Part shown: piece after piece, positions 26,302 to 36,270 of the stretch
Position numbering within the stretch: the stretch's first letter is position 1
Layout: the number at the start of each line of letters is the position of its first letter
NCBI GenBank assembly: GCA_019244185.1
Contig: JAFATB010000019.1
Span: 256,001-320,000, forward strand
Length of the DNA stretch: 64,000 bases
Direction: 5' to 3'
DNA from: Acidobacteriota bacterium
Lineage (GTDB): Bacteria > Acidobacteriota > Thermoanaerobaculia > Gp7-AA8
The notes under the pieces: generated by a model
What the model saw: only the letters and a program-made list of their open reading frames with translations
Told to the model about the DNA's origin: nothing
Database searches by the model: none
Made by a program: the position numbers and the translations under genes

Positions 26302-26934
26302 ATGGAAACGAAGGTCTACAAACCCAAAACGTTCAACCTTTCCGGCCTCAACGGCATCTCCGACAAGACGCTGGAGATGCACTTCAAGCTCTACGAAGGC
26401 TACGTCTCGAACACGAACGTGCTGACGGAGAAGATCGCCGCGATTCTCTCCGACGGCCAAGTCGATCAGGACGAGATGCCGGCGTACTCCGAGCTCACGC
26501 GCCGCCTCGGCTTCGAGTACAACGGCATGGTCCTGCACGAGTACTACTTCGGGAACATGAAGCCGCAGGGCGGCGATGAGGCGCCGAAAGGCTCGCGCTT
26601 CCGCGCGGCGGTCGAGAAGAGCTTCCCGAGCTACGACATCTGGAAGACGGACTTCGTCGGCGTCGGCAAGATGCGCGGCGTCGGCTGGGCGATCTGCTTC
26701 CTCGATCCCGCGACCGGCAACGTCTCGAACCACTGGATCACGCTGCACGAGACCGGCAACGTCGCGGGCTTCGTTCCGCTCGTGGTGATGGACGTCTGGG
26801 AACACGCGTTCCTGCTCGACTACAAACCGGCCGAGCGGCCGAAGTACATCGAAGCGTTCCTCTCGAACATGGACTGGGACGCGGTGGAGTCGCGACTCGC
26901 GCAGCACGTGCCGGAGACGGCCGGCGCGCGCTGA
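26302..26934 (+). CDS. Fe/Mn superoxide dismutase family protein
   Basis: Metal ligands in MHFKLY, LHEYYF and DVWEHAF. Confidence 0.9.
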   Translation: METKVYKPKTFNLSGLNGISDKTLEMHFKLYEGYVSNTNVLTEKIAAILSDGQVDQDEMPAYSELTRRLGFEYNGMVLHEYYFGNMKPQGGDEAPKGSRFRAAVEKSFPSYDIWKTDFVGVGKMRGVGWAICFLDPATGNVSNHWITLHETGNVAGFVPLVVMDVWEHAFLLDYKPAERPKYIEAFLSNMDWDAVESRLAQHVPETAGAR

Positions 26935-26976
26935 CCCGCGAAAACATTTCGCCCCGAGGCCTCGTATCTTGTTCCC

Positions 26977-27924
26977 ATGACGACGCTGATCGAGGTCTCG
27001 GGCCTCCGCAAGCAATACCGGTCGTCGTTCGGCAAGCCGCCGATCACGGCGCTCGACGGCATCGACTTCACGGTCGGTGAAGGCGAGCTGTTCGGCCTGC
27101 TCGGCCCCAACGGCGCCGGAAAAACGACAACCGTCAAAATTCTCCTCGGCCTCACGCGCGCGACCACCGGCCGCGCCGCGGTGTGCGGGCTTCCGGTCAG
27201 CGATCCCGAGTCGCGCCGCCGCGTCGGCTATCTGCCGGAAGGGCACAAGATCCCGAACTACCTCACCGCGCGCCAGGCGCTGTCGATCTTCGGCCGCATG
27301 TCGGGGATGGATTCCGGGGCGATCAAGGCGCGCATCCCGATGCTGCTCGAGCGCGTGCGCCTCTCGCAGTGGATCGACGTGCGCATCAAGAAGTTCTCGA
27401 AAGGCATGACTCAGCGCCTCGGGCTGGCGTGCGCGCTCATCCACTCGCCGCGGGTGCTGCTGCTCGACGAGCCGACCGACGGCGTCGATCCGGTCGGACG
27501 CCGCGAGATCCGCGATCTGCTGCGCGAGGAAGCGAAGCGCGGGGCGACCGTGCTGCTCAACTCGCACCTGCTCTCCGAAATCGAGCTGACCTGCGATCGC
27601 GTGGCGGTGCTGCGTAACGGCAAGGTCGCGGCGTTCGGCACCGTGGACGAGCTGACGCGCAAGAGCGCGTCCTACAAGATGGTCGCGACGCCGATCGACG
27701 ACAGCCTCGTGGCGGCGTTCCGCGAAACCGGTGCCGGCGTCGAGCGCGTCAACGGACACGTCGTGCTCTCCGTCACCGACCTCGCGCATCTCAACGCGCT
27801 CGTCGATCGCCTCCGCGCGAACGGCGGCGTCCTCAGCGAGCTGTCGCCGATGCGCTCGACGCTCGAGGACGTGTTCGTCGATCTCATTCGCGCGGAAGGC
27901 CGCGCCGAGGAGGTGCACCCGTGA
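26977..27924 (+). CDS. ABC transporter ATP-binding protein
   Basis: GPNGAGKT, FSKGM, LLLDEP. Confidence 0.95.
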   Translation: MTTLIEVSGLRKQYRSSFGKPPITALDGIDFTVGEGELFGLLGPNGAGKTTTVKILLGLTRATTGRAAVCGLPVSDPESRRRVGYLPEGHKIPNYLTARQALSIFGRMSGMDSGAIKARIPMLLERVRLSQWIDVRIKKFSKGMTQRLGLACALIHSPRVLLLDEPTDGVDPVGRREIRDLLREEAKRGATVLLNSHLLSEIELTCDRVAVLRNGKVAAFGTVDELTRKSASYKMVATPIDDSLVAAFRETGAGVERVNGHVVLSVTDLAHLNALVDRLRANGGVLSELSPMRSTLEDVFVDLIRAEGRAEEVHP

Positions 27925-28778
27925 AGGCGCTGGCCGCGAACATCGAAGACGTCTTCCGCGAGGCGGCAGCCCGCTGGACGTTAATCGCCTACTTTTTTCT
28001 GTCGACGATATTCATCATCATTTTTGCGTCTGCAATCAATCTCGATATTGTCAACGGGGCGCTCGCCGGAGCGAAGCTGTTCGGCAAGGAAGTGCAGATG
28101 GGCGGCGACAGCGGCCTCTCCATCGAGAAGCTCGTGCTCGGCTTCGAGGCCGGCTTCTCGGGCTTCCTCTACTTCCTGGCGACGTTCCTGGCGATCTTCG
28201 CCACGGCGCATCTCGTGCCGCGCATGCAGGAGAAGGGCACCATCGATCTCTACCTCTCGCGCCCAGTCGGACGCGTGAAGCTCCTGCTCTCGCGTTACAT
28301 CGCCGGGCTGCTGCTCGCGGGGAGCAATCTCGTTTATCTGATCGGCGCGATCTGGCTGATCGTCGCGTGGAAGACGCACGTGCTGCACGCTCGTTTTCTG
28401 CTCGGCGGCGCGATCATCTTTCTCGTGATCGCGGTGCTGCTCGCGTTCGCGTTCTTCATCGGCGTGTTCACGTCGTCGACCGCGGTCTCGATCATGGCCT
28501 CGTACGGCATCTTCTTCTTCGGCCTCATGCTGGCGGCGCACGAGCGCATCGCGGCGGCGGTGTCGAAGGAGTGGCAGGCCGCGCTCATCAACGGTTTGTA
28601 CTGGATCTTTCCCAAGACCGCGGAGCTGATGCAGGCGGTCGTGGCATTCGTCGGCGGCGAGCAGATGCCGGAGCAACTGCTGCGCAATCTAACTCCCGCT
28701 CCGTTCATCACCACCGCCGCGTTCGGCGTGGTCTGTCTCGTTCTGGCCTCGTGGCTCTTCACCCGAAAGGAGTTCTGA
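27921..28778 (+). CDS. ABC-2 type permease
   Basis: Six hydrophobic segments. EKGTIDLYLSRPV motif. GTGA overlap. Confidence 0.88.
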   Translation: MKALAANIEDVFREAAARWTLIAYFFLSTIFIIIFASAINLDIVNGALAGAKLFGKEVQMGGDSGLSIEKLVLGFEAGFSGFLYFLATFLAIFATAHLVPRMQEKGTIDLYLSRPVGRVKLLLSRYIAGLLLAGSNLVYLIGAIWLIVAWKTHVLHARFLLGGAIIFLVIAVLLAFAFFIGVFTSSTAVSIMASYGIFFFGLMLAAHERIAAAVSKEWQAALINGLYWIFPKTAELMQAVVAFVGGEQMPEQLLRNLTPAPFITTAAFGVVCLVLASWLFTRKEF

Positions 28779-28783
28779 ACCTC

Positions 28784-29776
28784 ATGAACCGCAAACCGTT
28801 CCTCCGCCTGTCTCTCGCTCTCGCCGCGACGGCCGCGCTGGCGCTTCCCGCGCTGGCGAGTCCGGACGCGCTCGGACTCGTACCGCCGAACGCCGCCTCG
28901 GTCGGGATGGTGAAGCTGCGCGACATGCGCAGCAGCCCGCTCTCGTCGATGCTCTTCCAGCAGACCGACAAGATGTCCACCGACGGTGAAGCCGAGAAGT
29001 TCCTCACCGACGCCGGCCTCGCGCCGTCGAAGGACATCGACGTGCTCGTGGTCTCCACGACGCCGCGCACGAACCTCGGCTCGGACGCCGACGTGCTCGT
29101 CGCCGCCGAAGGCCGCTTCAACGCACAGCGCCTCACCAGCGCGCTCCTCTCGCGCGGCGCGGTGAAGAAGGGCGCGTACCTCCTGCTGCCGGACGATCAC
29201 GACGGCGACGCCAGCGACAGCGGCGCGGTGGCGTTCCCGAGCTCCTCGCTCGTGCTGGCGGGCAATGAGCGCGCGGTCGCCGCGGCGCTCGCCGCGTACG
29301 CGAACGGCGGCAGCGGCTTCCGTTCCGCCGGCGCGCTGGCGATGGACCTCAATCGCATCGACCGCAACGCCACGGCGTGGGCGCTCGTCGACGTCGCGCG
29401 CGCATCGCGTTTGGCCAAGACGAACGCGACGCCGACCGGCCACGGCCCCCAGGGCGCGGCGCTCGCGTCGGCGCTCAAGAGCCTCTCCACGATGGCCGTC
29501 TGGGCCACCGACACCGGCGACGCGCTGCAGCTCGGCGCGATCGGTCTCTCCAGCGACGGCGAGACGCTGCAGCTCATCGAAGACACCGTCCGCGGCGCGC
29601 TCTCCGCGCTGCGTCTCGCGGCGCAGGACAAGGCGCCGGAGATGGTCACCGTGCTGCGCCGCTTCGACGTCACGCGCAAGGACGACTCGATCCGCATCGA
29701 AGGCTCGATTCCCGCGAGCACGCTGCGCGACGTGATGGCGAAGAAGCACGCCAGCGTCAGCACCGGCACGAACTGA
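28784..29776 (+). CDS. Exported hypothetical protein
   Basis: Signal peptide ending in ALA. AAGGAG RBS. Confidence 0.75.
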   Translation: MNRKPFLRLSLALAATAALALPALASPDALGLVPPNAASVGMVKLRDMRSSPLSSMLFQQTDKMSTDGEAEKFLTDAGLAPSKDIDVLVVSTTPRTNLGSDADVLVAAEGRFNAQRLTSALLSRGAVKKGAYLLLPDDHDGDASDSGAVAFPSSSLVLAGNERAVAAALAAYANGGSGFRSAGALAMDLNRIDRNATAWALVDVARASRLAKTNATPTGHGPQGAALASALKSLSTMAVWATDTGDALQLGAIGLSSDGETLQLIEDTVRGALSALRLAAQDKAPEMVTVLRRFDVTRKDDSIRIEGSIPASTLRDVMAKKHASVSTGTN

Positions 29777-29840
29777 GTCTGCTCATCGACCAAGCCTGCG
29801 AGCTGTCGCGCATCGCGCGCGGCAGCTCGGGGGCACGCGG

Positions 29841-30548
29841 TCAAACGAAGCGCTTGAGGTGCTCGCGCCACCACGGCCAGTCGTGGCCGAAGACACCCGG
29901 CCAGACCTCGAGCACGTTCGGAATCCCCTTCGACCAGAGCAGCGCCGAGAAGTCGCGGTTCTCCTGAATCAGCGAGTCGTGTTCGCCGGTCGCGATGACC
30001 CAGCCGACACGCGAGAGCTTGCCCACCCATTCCGCGTTCATGTTCGGGATGTACGACACGGGATTGTGGAAGTAGCAGTTGTCGTCCCAGTAGCCGTCGA
30101 GGAACGAGCGGATGTCGTAGACGCCGGAGAAGCAGATGGCGCGGCTGACGACGTCCGGATAGCGCGCGGCGAAGTTCGCGGCGTGATACGCGCCGAAGCT
30201 CGCCCCGTAGACGACCAGATCTCCGCGCTGCGCGCGGTTGTAGATGTACGGCACCATCTCGTGGCGCAGGTACGCGTCGTACTGCGTGTGGCGCGCCGCA
30301 CGCACGGCGGGGTGGACGCTCTTGTTGTACCAGCTCTCGTTGTTGACGGTGTCAACCAGGACGAGCTGGATCTCGCCGGCGTCGACTTTCTCCGCCAGCG
30401 AGCCGGCCAGATGAAAGTCCTCGTTCTCGTAGTAGCGTCCGGACGACGTCGGAAACAGCAGCACCGGCCGGCCGAACTTCCCGAACCAGAGCGCCTCCAT
30501 GTCGCGTCCGAGGGAGGGTGAGTACCACTTCACGTATTCGCGATACAT
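29841..30548 (-). CDS. Putative esterase (alpha/beta hydrolase)
   Basis: GASFG nucleophile elbow, GHDWPWW. Confidence 0.88.
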   Translation of the reverse strand: MYREYVKWYSPSLGRDMEALWFGKFGRPVLLFPTSSGRYYENEDFHLAGSLAEKVDAGEIQLVLVDTVNNESWYNKSVHPAVRAARHTQYDAYLRHEMVPYIYNRAQRGDLVVYGASFGAYHAANFAARYPDVVSRAICFSGVYDIRSFLDGYWDDNCYFHNPVSYIPNMNAEWVGKLSRVGWVIATGEHDSLIQENRDFSALLWSKGIPNVLEVWPGVFGHDWPWWREHLKRFV

Positions 30549-30602
30549 AGATTGCCCGGAAGCGGGCGGATTCTATACGATCGCCCCCTTTTGGGAGACG
30601 AC

Positions 30603-31562
30603 ATGAGCAAGAAACGCATCGGCATCATCTTCGGTATGGAAGACACGTTCCCGTGGGCGCTGATCGAAGCGATCAACGCGCGCGGCGGAGACGATGTCGA
30701 GGCGGGACCCGCGGAGCTGTCCTTCCTGAAAGACGACGGCATCTTTCCGTACGACCTCATCCTCGACCGCATCAGCCACGAGGTGCCGTTCTACCGCACG
30801 TATCTGAAGTGCGCCGCGGCGTCGGGCGTGCGCGTCGTCAACAACCCGATCTGGTGGTCGGCCGACGACAAGTTCTTCGACAACCTCGTCGCGAAATCCG
30901 TCAATGTCGCGGTGCCGAAGACGGTGCTGCTCCCGCACAAACAGCATCCGCCCAACACCGAGGCGAAGTCGTTCCGCAACATGCGCTTCGTCAACTGGGA
31001 CGACGTCTTCGCGTACCTCGGCTGGCCGATCTTCATGAAGCCCGCGTACGGCGGCGGCTGGAAGGACGTGTACAAGGTGCACGACCCCGAGGAGTTCTTC
31101 GCCGCGTACGATCAGACCCGCGACCTCACGATGATGGCGCAGGAAGCGATCGAGTTCGAGCTCTACTACCGCTGCTACGTCCTCGGCCGCTCGCGCGTGC
31201 GCATCATGGCCTACGACCCGAAGGCGCCGTTCCACGAGCGCTACGTCAAGAATCCGCCGCCGATGAATCCGGAGTTCGAGGCGCGGATCCATCGCGACGC
31301 GCTCGCGCTCTGCGAGGGACTCGGCTACGACATGAACACCGTCGAGTTCGCGGTGCGCGGCGGCGTGCCGTACGCGATCGACTTCATGAACGCCGCGCCG
31401 GACGCCGACGTGCATTCCGTCGGCCAGGAAAACTTCGACTGGATGGTCACCAACATGGCCGAGGTGTTGCTGGAGATGGTGCGGGGCGAAAAGAAGTTCG
31501 AGCTGACCGGCAACTGGCCGCAGACGCTCAATGTGACCAAGGACGTCGCGACGCCCGTGTAA
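30603..31562 (+). CDS. RimK-like ATP-grasp ligase
   Basis: ADDKFF, VPKT, MKPAYGGGW, VEFA..IDFMN. Confidence 0.85.
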   Translation: MSKKRIGIIFGMEDTFPWALIEAINARGGDDVEAGPAELSFLKDDGIFPYDLILDRISHEVPFYRTYLKCAAASGVRVVNNPIWWSADDKFFDNLVAKSVNVAVPKTVLLPHKQHPPNTEAKSFRNMRFVNWDDVFAYLGWPIFMKPAYGGGWKDVYKVHDPEEFFAAYDQTRDLTMMAQEAIEFELYYRCYVLGRSRVRIMAYDPKAPFHERYVKNPPPMNPEFEARIHRDALALCEGLGYDMNTVEFAVRGGVPYAIDFMNAAPDADVHSVGQENFDWMVTNMAEVLLEMVRGEKKFELTGNWPQTLNVTKDVATPV

Positions 31563-31571
31563 ACTGCCGCC

Positions 31572-32678
31572 ATGCCACAGCCGACGTTCACTCTCGGGAT
31601 CGAGGAAGAGTTCCAGGTCATCGACCCCGTCACGCGCGAGCTGAAGTCGCACATTCAGGAGCTCTTCGCGGAAGGCGAGAAGCGCCTCAAGGAAGAGATC
31701 AAGCGGGAGATGCACGATCCCGTGATCGAGGTCGGCACGCCCATCTGCCGCAACGTGGCCGAGGCGCGGCGCGAGATCACGCGGCTGCGCAAGGAGATCA
31801 TCACGCTGACGCGCGACGCCGGACTGCGCATCGCGTCGGCGGGCACGCATCCGATCTCGCACTGGGCGAACGTGGCCATGACGTCGGCGCCGCGCTACGA
31901 CCAGATCCTGTACGAGCTGCAGATGCTCGCGCGCGCGAACCTCATCTTCGGCCTGCACGTGCACGTCGCGGTGGAAGACCCCGAAACGCGCATCGCGCTC
32001 ATGAACATGGCCAGCTACTTCCTGCCGCACGTCTTCGCGCTGTCGGTGAACTCGCCGTTCTGGTGCGGACACAACACCGGCTGGAAGAGCTATCGCGCGA
32101 AAGTGTTCGAACGCTTCCCGCGCACCGGCCTGCCCGATCACTTCGACCGCCTCAGCGACTACGAGGCGTACGTCGAGATGCTCGTGCAGACGAACTGCAT
32201 CGACAACCCGAAGAAGATCTGGTGGGACGTGCGTCCGCATCCCTTCTTCCCGACGCTCGAGTACCGCATTTGCGACGTGCCGATGCGCGTCGACGAGACG
32301 ATCTGCTTCGCCGCGCTCTTCCAGGCCATCACGGTCAAGCTCTACAAGCTCTACAAGCAGAACCTCGGCTGGCGCGAGTACCGCCGCTCGCTGCTCAACG
32401 AGAACAAGGCGCGCGCGGCGCGGTTCGGCACGGGCGGCAAGCTGATCGACTTCGGCCGCCGCGCGGAAGTGCCGTTCGGCGAGCTGCTCGACGAACTGCT
32501 CGCGTTCATCGACGACGTCGTCGACGAGCTCGGCTCGCGCGACGAGGTCTACTACGCGCGCGAGATCGTGCGGCGAGGTCCGGGCGCCGACCGCCAGATC
32601 GCCGTCTACAACCAGCGCAACGACCTGCGCGATGTGGTGGACTACATCGTGAACGAGACGGAACACGGGGTCATCTGA
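31572..32678 (+). CDS. ybdK: Carboxylate-amine ligase (GCS2 family)
   Basis: TLGIEEE, FGLHVHV, NSPFW, WWDVRP, LEYRICD. Confidence 0.92.
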   Translation: MPQPTFTLGIEEEFQVIDPVTRELKSHIQELFAEGEKRLKEEIKREMHDPVIEVGTPICRNVAEARREITRLRKEIITLTRDAGLRIASAGTHPISHWANVAMTSAPRYDQILYELQMLARANLIFGLHVHVAVEDPETRIALMNMASYFLPHVFALSVNSPFWCGHNTGWKSYRAKVFERFPRTGLPDHFDRLSDYEAYVEMLVQTNCIDNPKKIWWDVRPHPFFPTLEYRICDVPMRVDETICFAALFQAITVKLYKLYKQNLGWREYRRSLLNENKARAARFGTGGKLIDFGRRAEVPFGELLDELLAFIDDVVDELGSRDEVYYAREIVRRGPGADRQIAVYNQRNDLRDVVDYIVNETEHGVI

Positions 32679-32686
32679 CGCGAGCG

Positions 32687-33664
32687 ATGCAAGGCCACGA
32701 ACTTCATCATCCGACGGACTTTTTCGAGTACATCCGGCTCGAAGACAACTCGCTCCCCGCCGCCTCACGCGACCGCATCGACGTCGCGCTGCTCGACATG
32801 AACCATTCGTGGCCGAACGTCGGTCACGACGCGCTCGTGCGCGTGGTGCTCGATGCCGCCGAGTCGCTGCAGGACGAGCTGCGCGCGATCGGCGCGAAAG
32901 TGCGCGTGCTGTCGTTCGACGTGCGGCAGCGCGAGCTCATCCCCGAATCTCCGAACGGCCGTTTCCGGCTCTACGTCGGCACGGGCGGTCCCGGCCATCT
33001 CGATCCGCGTCAGAACGACGGCGTCGCGGAATGGAGCCAGGGCATCACCGAGACGACGAGCTGGGAAGCGCCGCTCTTCCGCCTCTTCGACGACATCCTC
33101 GGCTACGAGCGCGCGGCGCTCTTCGCCGTCTGCCATTCGTTCGGCCTCGTCTGCCGCTGGTCGGGCGTGGCGCAGCCGCAGCTGCGCGCCGAGAAGAGCA
33201 GCGGCATGCCGGTGAATCGCCTCTCGCGCGAGGCGCTGCGGCATCCGTGGTTCGAGCAGTTCGCGCGCGCGCTGCCGGACGGCCAGCATTTCCGCGTCAT
33301 CGACAACCGCCTTTTCGATCTCGTGCTCGAGAGCGAAGGCAAGAGCCTGCCGATCGCGTTCGAGGCCGCGGGCAGTCCCGCGCTGACGATGATCGAGCTC
33401 GCGCGCGATGCGGGCGGCGCGATGCCGCGCTTCCTCGGCGTCAACCATCATCCCGAGATCATCGACCGCGAGCACATCATGCGCGTGCTCGACGAGAAGC
33501 GCGACCACGGCGAAGTCAGCGACCAGTGGTACCGCGAGCGCGCCGACACGATGCGCGATCTCTTCCACGGCGAGAACGAGCGGCAGAGCCGCCTCACGTC
33601 GCACTACACGCTGCTGGAACCGCTGCGGCACCAGCTCGCGCGCATCGTCGAAGAGCGGCGCTGA
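32687..33664 (+). CDS. Class I glutamine amidotransferase-like protein
   Basis: TGGPG, AVCHSF, NHHPE catalytic triad pattern. Confidence 0.78.
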   Translation: MQGHELHHPTDFFEYIRLEDNSLPAASRDRIDVALLDMNHSWPNVGHDALVRVVLDAAESLQDELRAIGAKVRVLSFDVRQRELIPESPNGRFRLYVGTGGPGHLDPRQNDGVAEWSQGITETTSWEAPLFRLFDDILGYERAALFAVCHSFGLVCRWSGVAQPQLRAEKSSGMPVNRLSREALRHPWFEQFARALPDGQHFRVIDNRLFDLVLESEGKSLPIAFEAAGSPALTMIELARDAGGAMPRFLGVNHHPEIIDREHIMRVLDEKRDHGEVSDQWYRERADTMRDLFHGENERQSRLTSHYTLLEPLRHQLARIVEERR

Positions 33665-33692
33665 CGGCGCGCGGCGTAGAATCGCGCCGCGC

Positions 33693-34745
33693 ATGAGCAG
33701 CGGCCTCGACATCGTCGCCATCGGCGGCGGCACCGGACTCTCGACGCTGCTGCGCGGTCTCAAAACCTACGTCGCCGCCGACGGCGGCTGGACGATCAAC
33801 CACCTCGGCGCGATCGTCACGGTCACCGACGAAGGCGGCAGCTCCGGCGTGCTGCGCAAGGAGTTCGGCGTGCTGCCGCCGGGCGACATCCGCAACTGCA
33901 TCGTCGCGCTCGCCGAAGAAGAACAGCTTCTCTCGCGGCTGTTCGCGTACCGGTTCGACACCGACTCCGCGCTCAAAGGCCACTCCCTCGGCAACCTGCT
34001 GCTGATGGCCATGACCGACATCACCGGCAGCTTCGACGAGGCCATTCTCGCCGCGGCGGAAGTCCTCGCCATCCGCGGCTCGATCTATCCGTCGACGCTC
34101 GACGACGTGCGCCTCCGCGCGACGCTCGAAGACGGCGCGGAGCTCGTCGGCGAAGTCGCGATCAGCGGCTCGGTCATCGGCGAGGCGCCGCGCACGACCA
34201 GCCGCCACGCGCGCATCACGCACCTCGCCATCGAGCCGCCCGACGCGCAGCCGACGGCGCGCGCGATGGAAGCGCTCGAAGCCGCGGACCTCATCATCAT
34301 CGGCCCCGGCTCGCTCTACACCTCCGTGCTGCCGAACCTCGTCATCGAGCCGCTGGCGAACGCGCTGCGTGCCGCGCGCGCGCTGCGCGTCTACATCTGC
34401 AACGTGATGACGCAGCCGAACGAGACCGACGGCTACACCGCGTCCGACCACCTGCGCGCGATCGTCGAGCACGCGGGGCTCGTCGTCGACGTGATGGTGA
34501 TGAACGGCCGGCGTCCGTCGGAATCGATCCTCGACGCGTACGCGGCGATGAATCAGGTGCCGGTCGAATGCGACGTCGACGCGGTGCGCGAGCTCGGCGT
34601 CACGCCGTTCTTCGGCGACATCATCGCGGAAGAAAACTACGTGCGTCACGAGCCCGCGGCGCTGGCGCAGACGATCTTCCGGCTGTACGAGACCTACGGC
34701 CGTTCCGTGGAGCGGATGCGGCGCGCGAGTCCTCCGACCGTCTGA
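33693..34745 (+). CDS. yvcK: YvcK/GlmR (CofD-like) protein
   Basis: IGGGTGL, DEGGSSG, PPGDIRN, GPGSLYTS, NVMTQPNET. Confidence 0.92.
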   Translation: MSSGLDIVAIGGGTGLSTLLRGLKTYVAADGGWTINHLGAIVTVTDEGGSSGVLRKEFGVLPPGDIRNCIVALAEEEQLLSRLFAYRFDTDSALKGHSLGNLLLMAMTDITGSFDEAILAAAEVLAIRGSIYPSTLDDVRLRATLEDGAELVGEVAISGSVIGEAPRTTSRHARITHLAIEPPDAQPTARAMEALEAADLIIIGPGSLYTSVLPNLVIEPLANALRAARALRVYICNVMTQPNETDGYTASDHLRAIVEHAGLVVDVMVMNGRRPSESILDAYAAMNQVPVECDVDAVRELGVTPFFGDIIAEENYVRHEPAALAQTIFRLYETYGRSVERMRRASPPTV

Positions 34746-35631
34746 AGCGCGTCAGCAGCGCGGTCAGCCCGATCGACATCACCGCCGCCGCGATGACCAG
34801 CCACAGCTCGAACTTCTGCTCGTGTCGCATCACCTCGAGCAGCGCGCGCACATCGCTCGAGTAGACCTTCACGGTGAACGTCAGCAGAAACGCGAGCGCA
34901 AACGTGAACGGAATGAAGCTCGCGCGTTCCTCGTCGCGCGGCACCGGTTGCGTCCAGAACAGCCGCGCGACGATGTACAGCGCCACGCACGACGCCGCGG
35001 CGATCGTGGCGAACGCCCGCGGCACGTCGAGCCGGTGCATGACGCCGAGGAGATCGACCAGCGCGAGCACGAGACTCACGCACGCCGCGAGCGCCGCGAG
35101 CACGCGCCGCCGCGTCTCCTGCTCCACGACAGAGAGCGTCGCATAGACGAGCAGCACGACGGCGGCGCCGAACGCCGCGATCACGATCGACGCCGGATGC
35201 CCGATGAACGCGAGGACCTCGCGCGGCGTGACGGCGCGCAACGCGACCGTCAGCGACGCCGCGATCATCAGCCAGGCACCGTACGCGCGGCGCCGCTCCG
35301 ACCACACGCCTTCCCAGAAGAACGCGCCCGAACACTGCACGACGAGCAGCAGAAACATCCCCGTTTCGAGCAGGCCGAGGAAACGGTGCCGCGTCGGCAC
35401 GAGCAGCAGCTCGCAAACCGCGGCCGCGGGCAACAGATGCGAGAGCATTCTGCCGACCAGCGGCCCACCACCCACGAGCGTCACGCCGGCGTAGTCGATC
35501 GCGATCAGGACCATCAGCAGCGCATACAGGCAGGCGTGCACGATGGTCGCGATCACGGAGAGCCTGCTCAGCTCGAGCAGCGCGATCACCGCGAGTGCAA
35601 AGAGGAGGTCGCGCAGCGTCGTGATCGTCAT
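34621..35631 (-). CDS. Hypothetical multi-pass membrane protein
   Basis: About 10 hydrophobic segments. ATGA-coupled to the upstream gene. 3' end overlaps yvcK. Confidence 0.7.
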   Translation of the reverse strand: MTITTLRDLLFALAVIALLELSRLSVIATIVHACLYALLMVLIAIDYAGVTLVGGGPLVGRMLSHLLPAAAVCELLLVPTRHRFLGLLETGMFLLLVVQCSGAFFWEGVWSERRRAYGAWLMIAASLTVALRAVTPREVLAFIGHPASIVIAAFGAAVVLLVYATLSVVEQETRRRVLAALAACVSLVLALVDLLGVMHRLDVPRAFATIAAASCVALYIVARLFWTQPVPRDEERASFIPFTFALAFLLTFTVKVYSSDVRALLEVMRHEQKFELWLVIAAAVMSIGLTALLTRFRRSEDSRAASAPRNGRRSRTAGRSSAPAPRARDARSFLPR

Positions 35632-36215
35632 TGCCCGTTCTTCCCGAGGAGTTGCCCGACGATCCGTGCGCTGAGGATCTGCTCCTCCGTTTTCGGCGGC
35701 ACGGACTGTCCCACGAGATAACGCGCGGCGACGCGGCGGAGCTCCTGATCCTCACGATCGTTCGCGGCCACGGCCGTGGCCAGGTCGACCAGCTCGCGCC
35801 CCTTCACGCGGTCGAACGCGTCGTAGACGTACGCGGGATAGTGGCCGGTGCGGTCGCGGCGCCGGTGCGCGACGAAGTCGACGAAGTCGTCCGTGTGCAT
35901 GGCGAAGATGTCCGCCTGCACGTTGCGGCCGCGGTAGTCCGCCGCATGCGCGACGTACGTCTGCCAGAACGCCTTGTCGAACGCGACGCGCATGTCGCTG
36001 GTGAGCTTGCGGTCGTCGATGTGATCTTCCGCGTAGCGGCGCACCTCGGCGTTGCGCGAATGCACGTACACGCTCGCGAGCGCGTCATGTCCGGCGACGT
36101 CCTTCGGCACGAGGCTCCGCCAGCCGAGGCCGAGCGAGAGGAGCATCGACGCCATCAGCAGAAACAGCGTGAAGGCGACGCGGAGCAGGGCCAGAAGACG
36201 GCGCAGGCGATCCAT
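35628..36215 (-). CDS. Hypothetical protein with N-terminal TM helix
   Basis: ATG at 36215 preceded by TATACT. Confidence 0.65.
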   Translation of the reverse strand: MDRLRRLLALLRVAFTLFLLMASMLLSLGLGWRSLVPKDVAGHDALASVYVHSRNAEVRRYAEDHIDDRKLTSDMRVAFDKAFWQTYVAHAADYRGRNVQADIFAMHTDDFVDFVAHRRRDRTGHYPAYVYDAFDRVKGRELVDLATAVAANDREDQELRRVAARYLVGQSVPPKTEEQILSARIVGQLLGKNGQ

Positions 36216-36270
36216 TTTTAAGGAAGTATACCTGAGACGTTGCGCGTGTCCGGCATATGCTTCCCGCCGC

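Noticed and set aside
30653-33664. 1003-aa ORF and other apparent long fusions (27731, 22999, 33408, 58586, 43718)
   Set aside because: The N-terminal parts are off-frame read-through over real upstream genes. True starts are internal.
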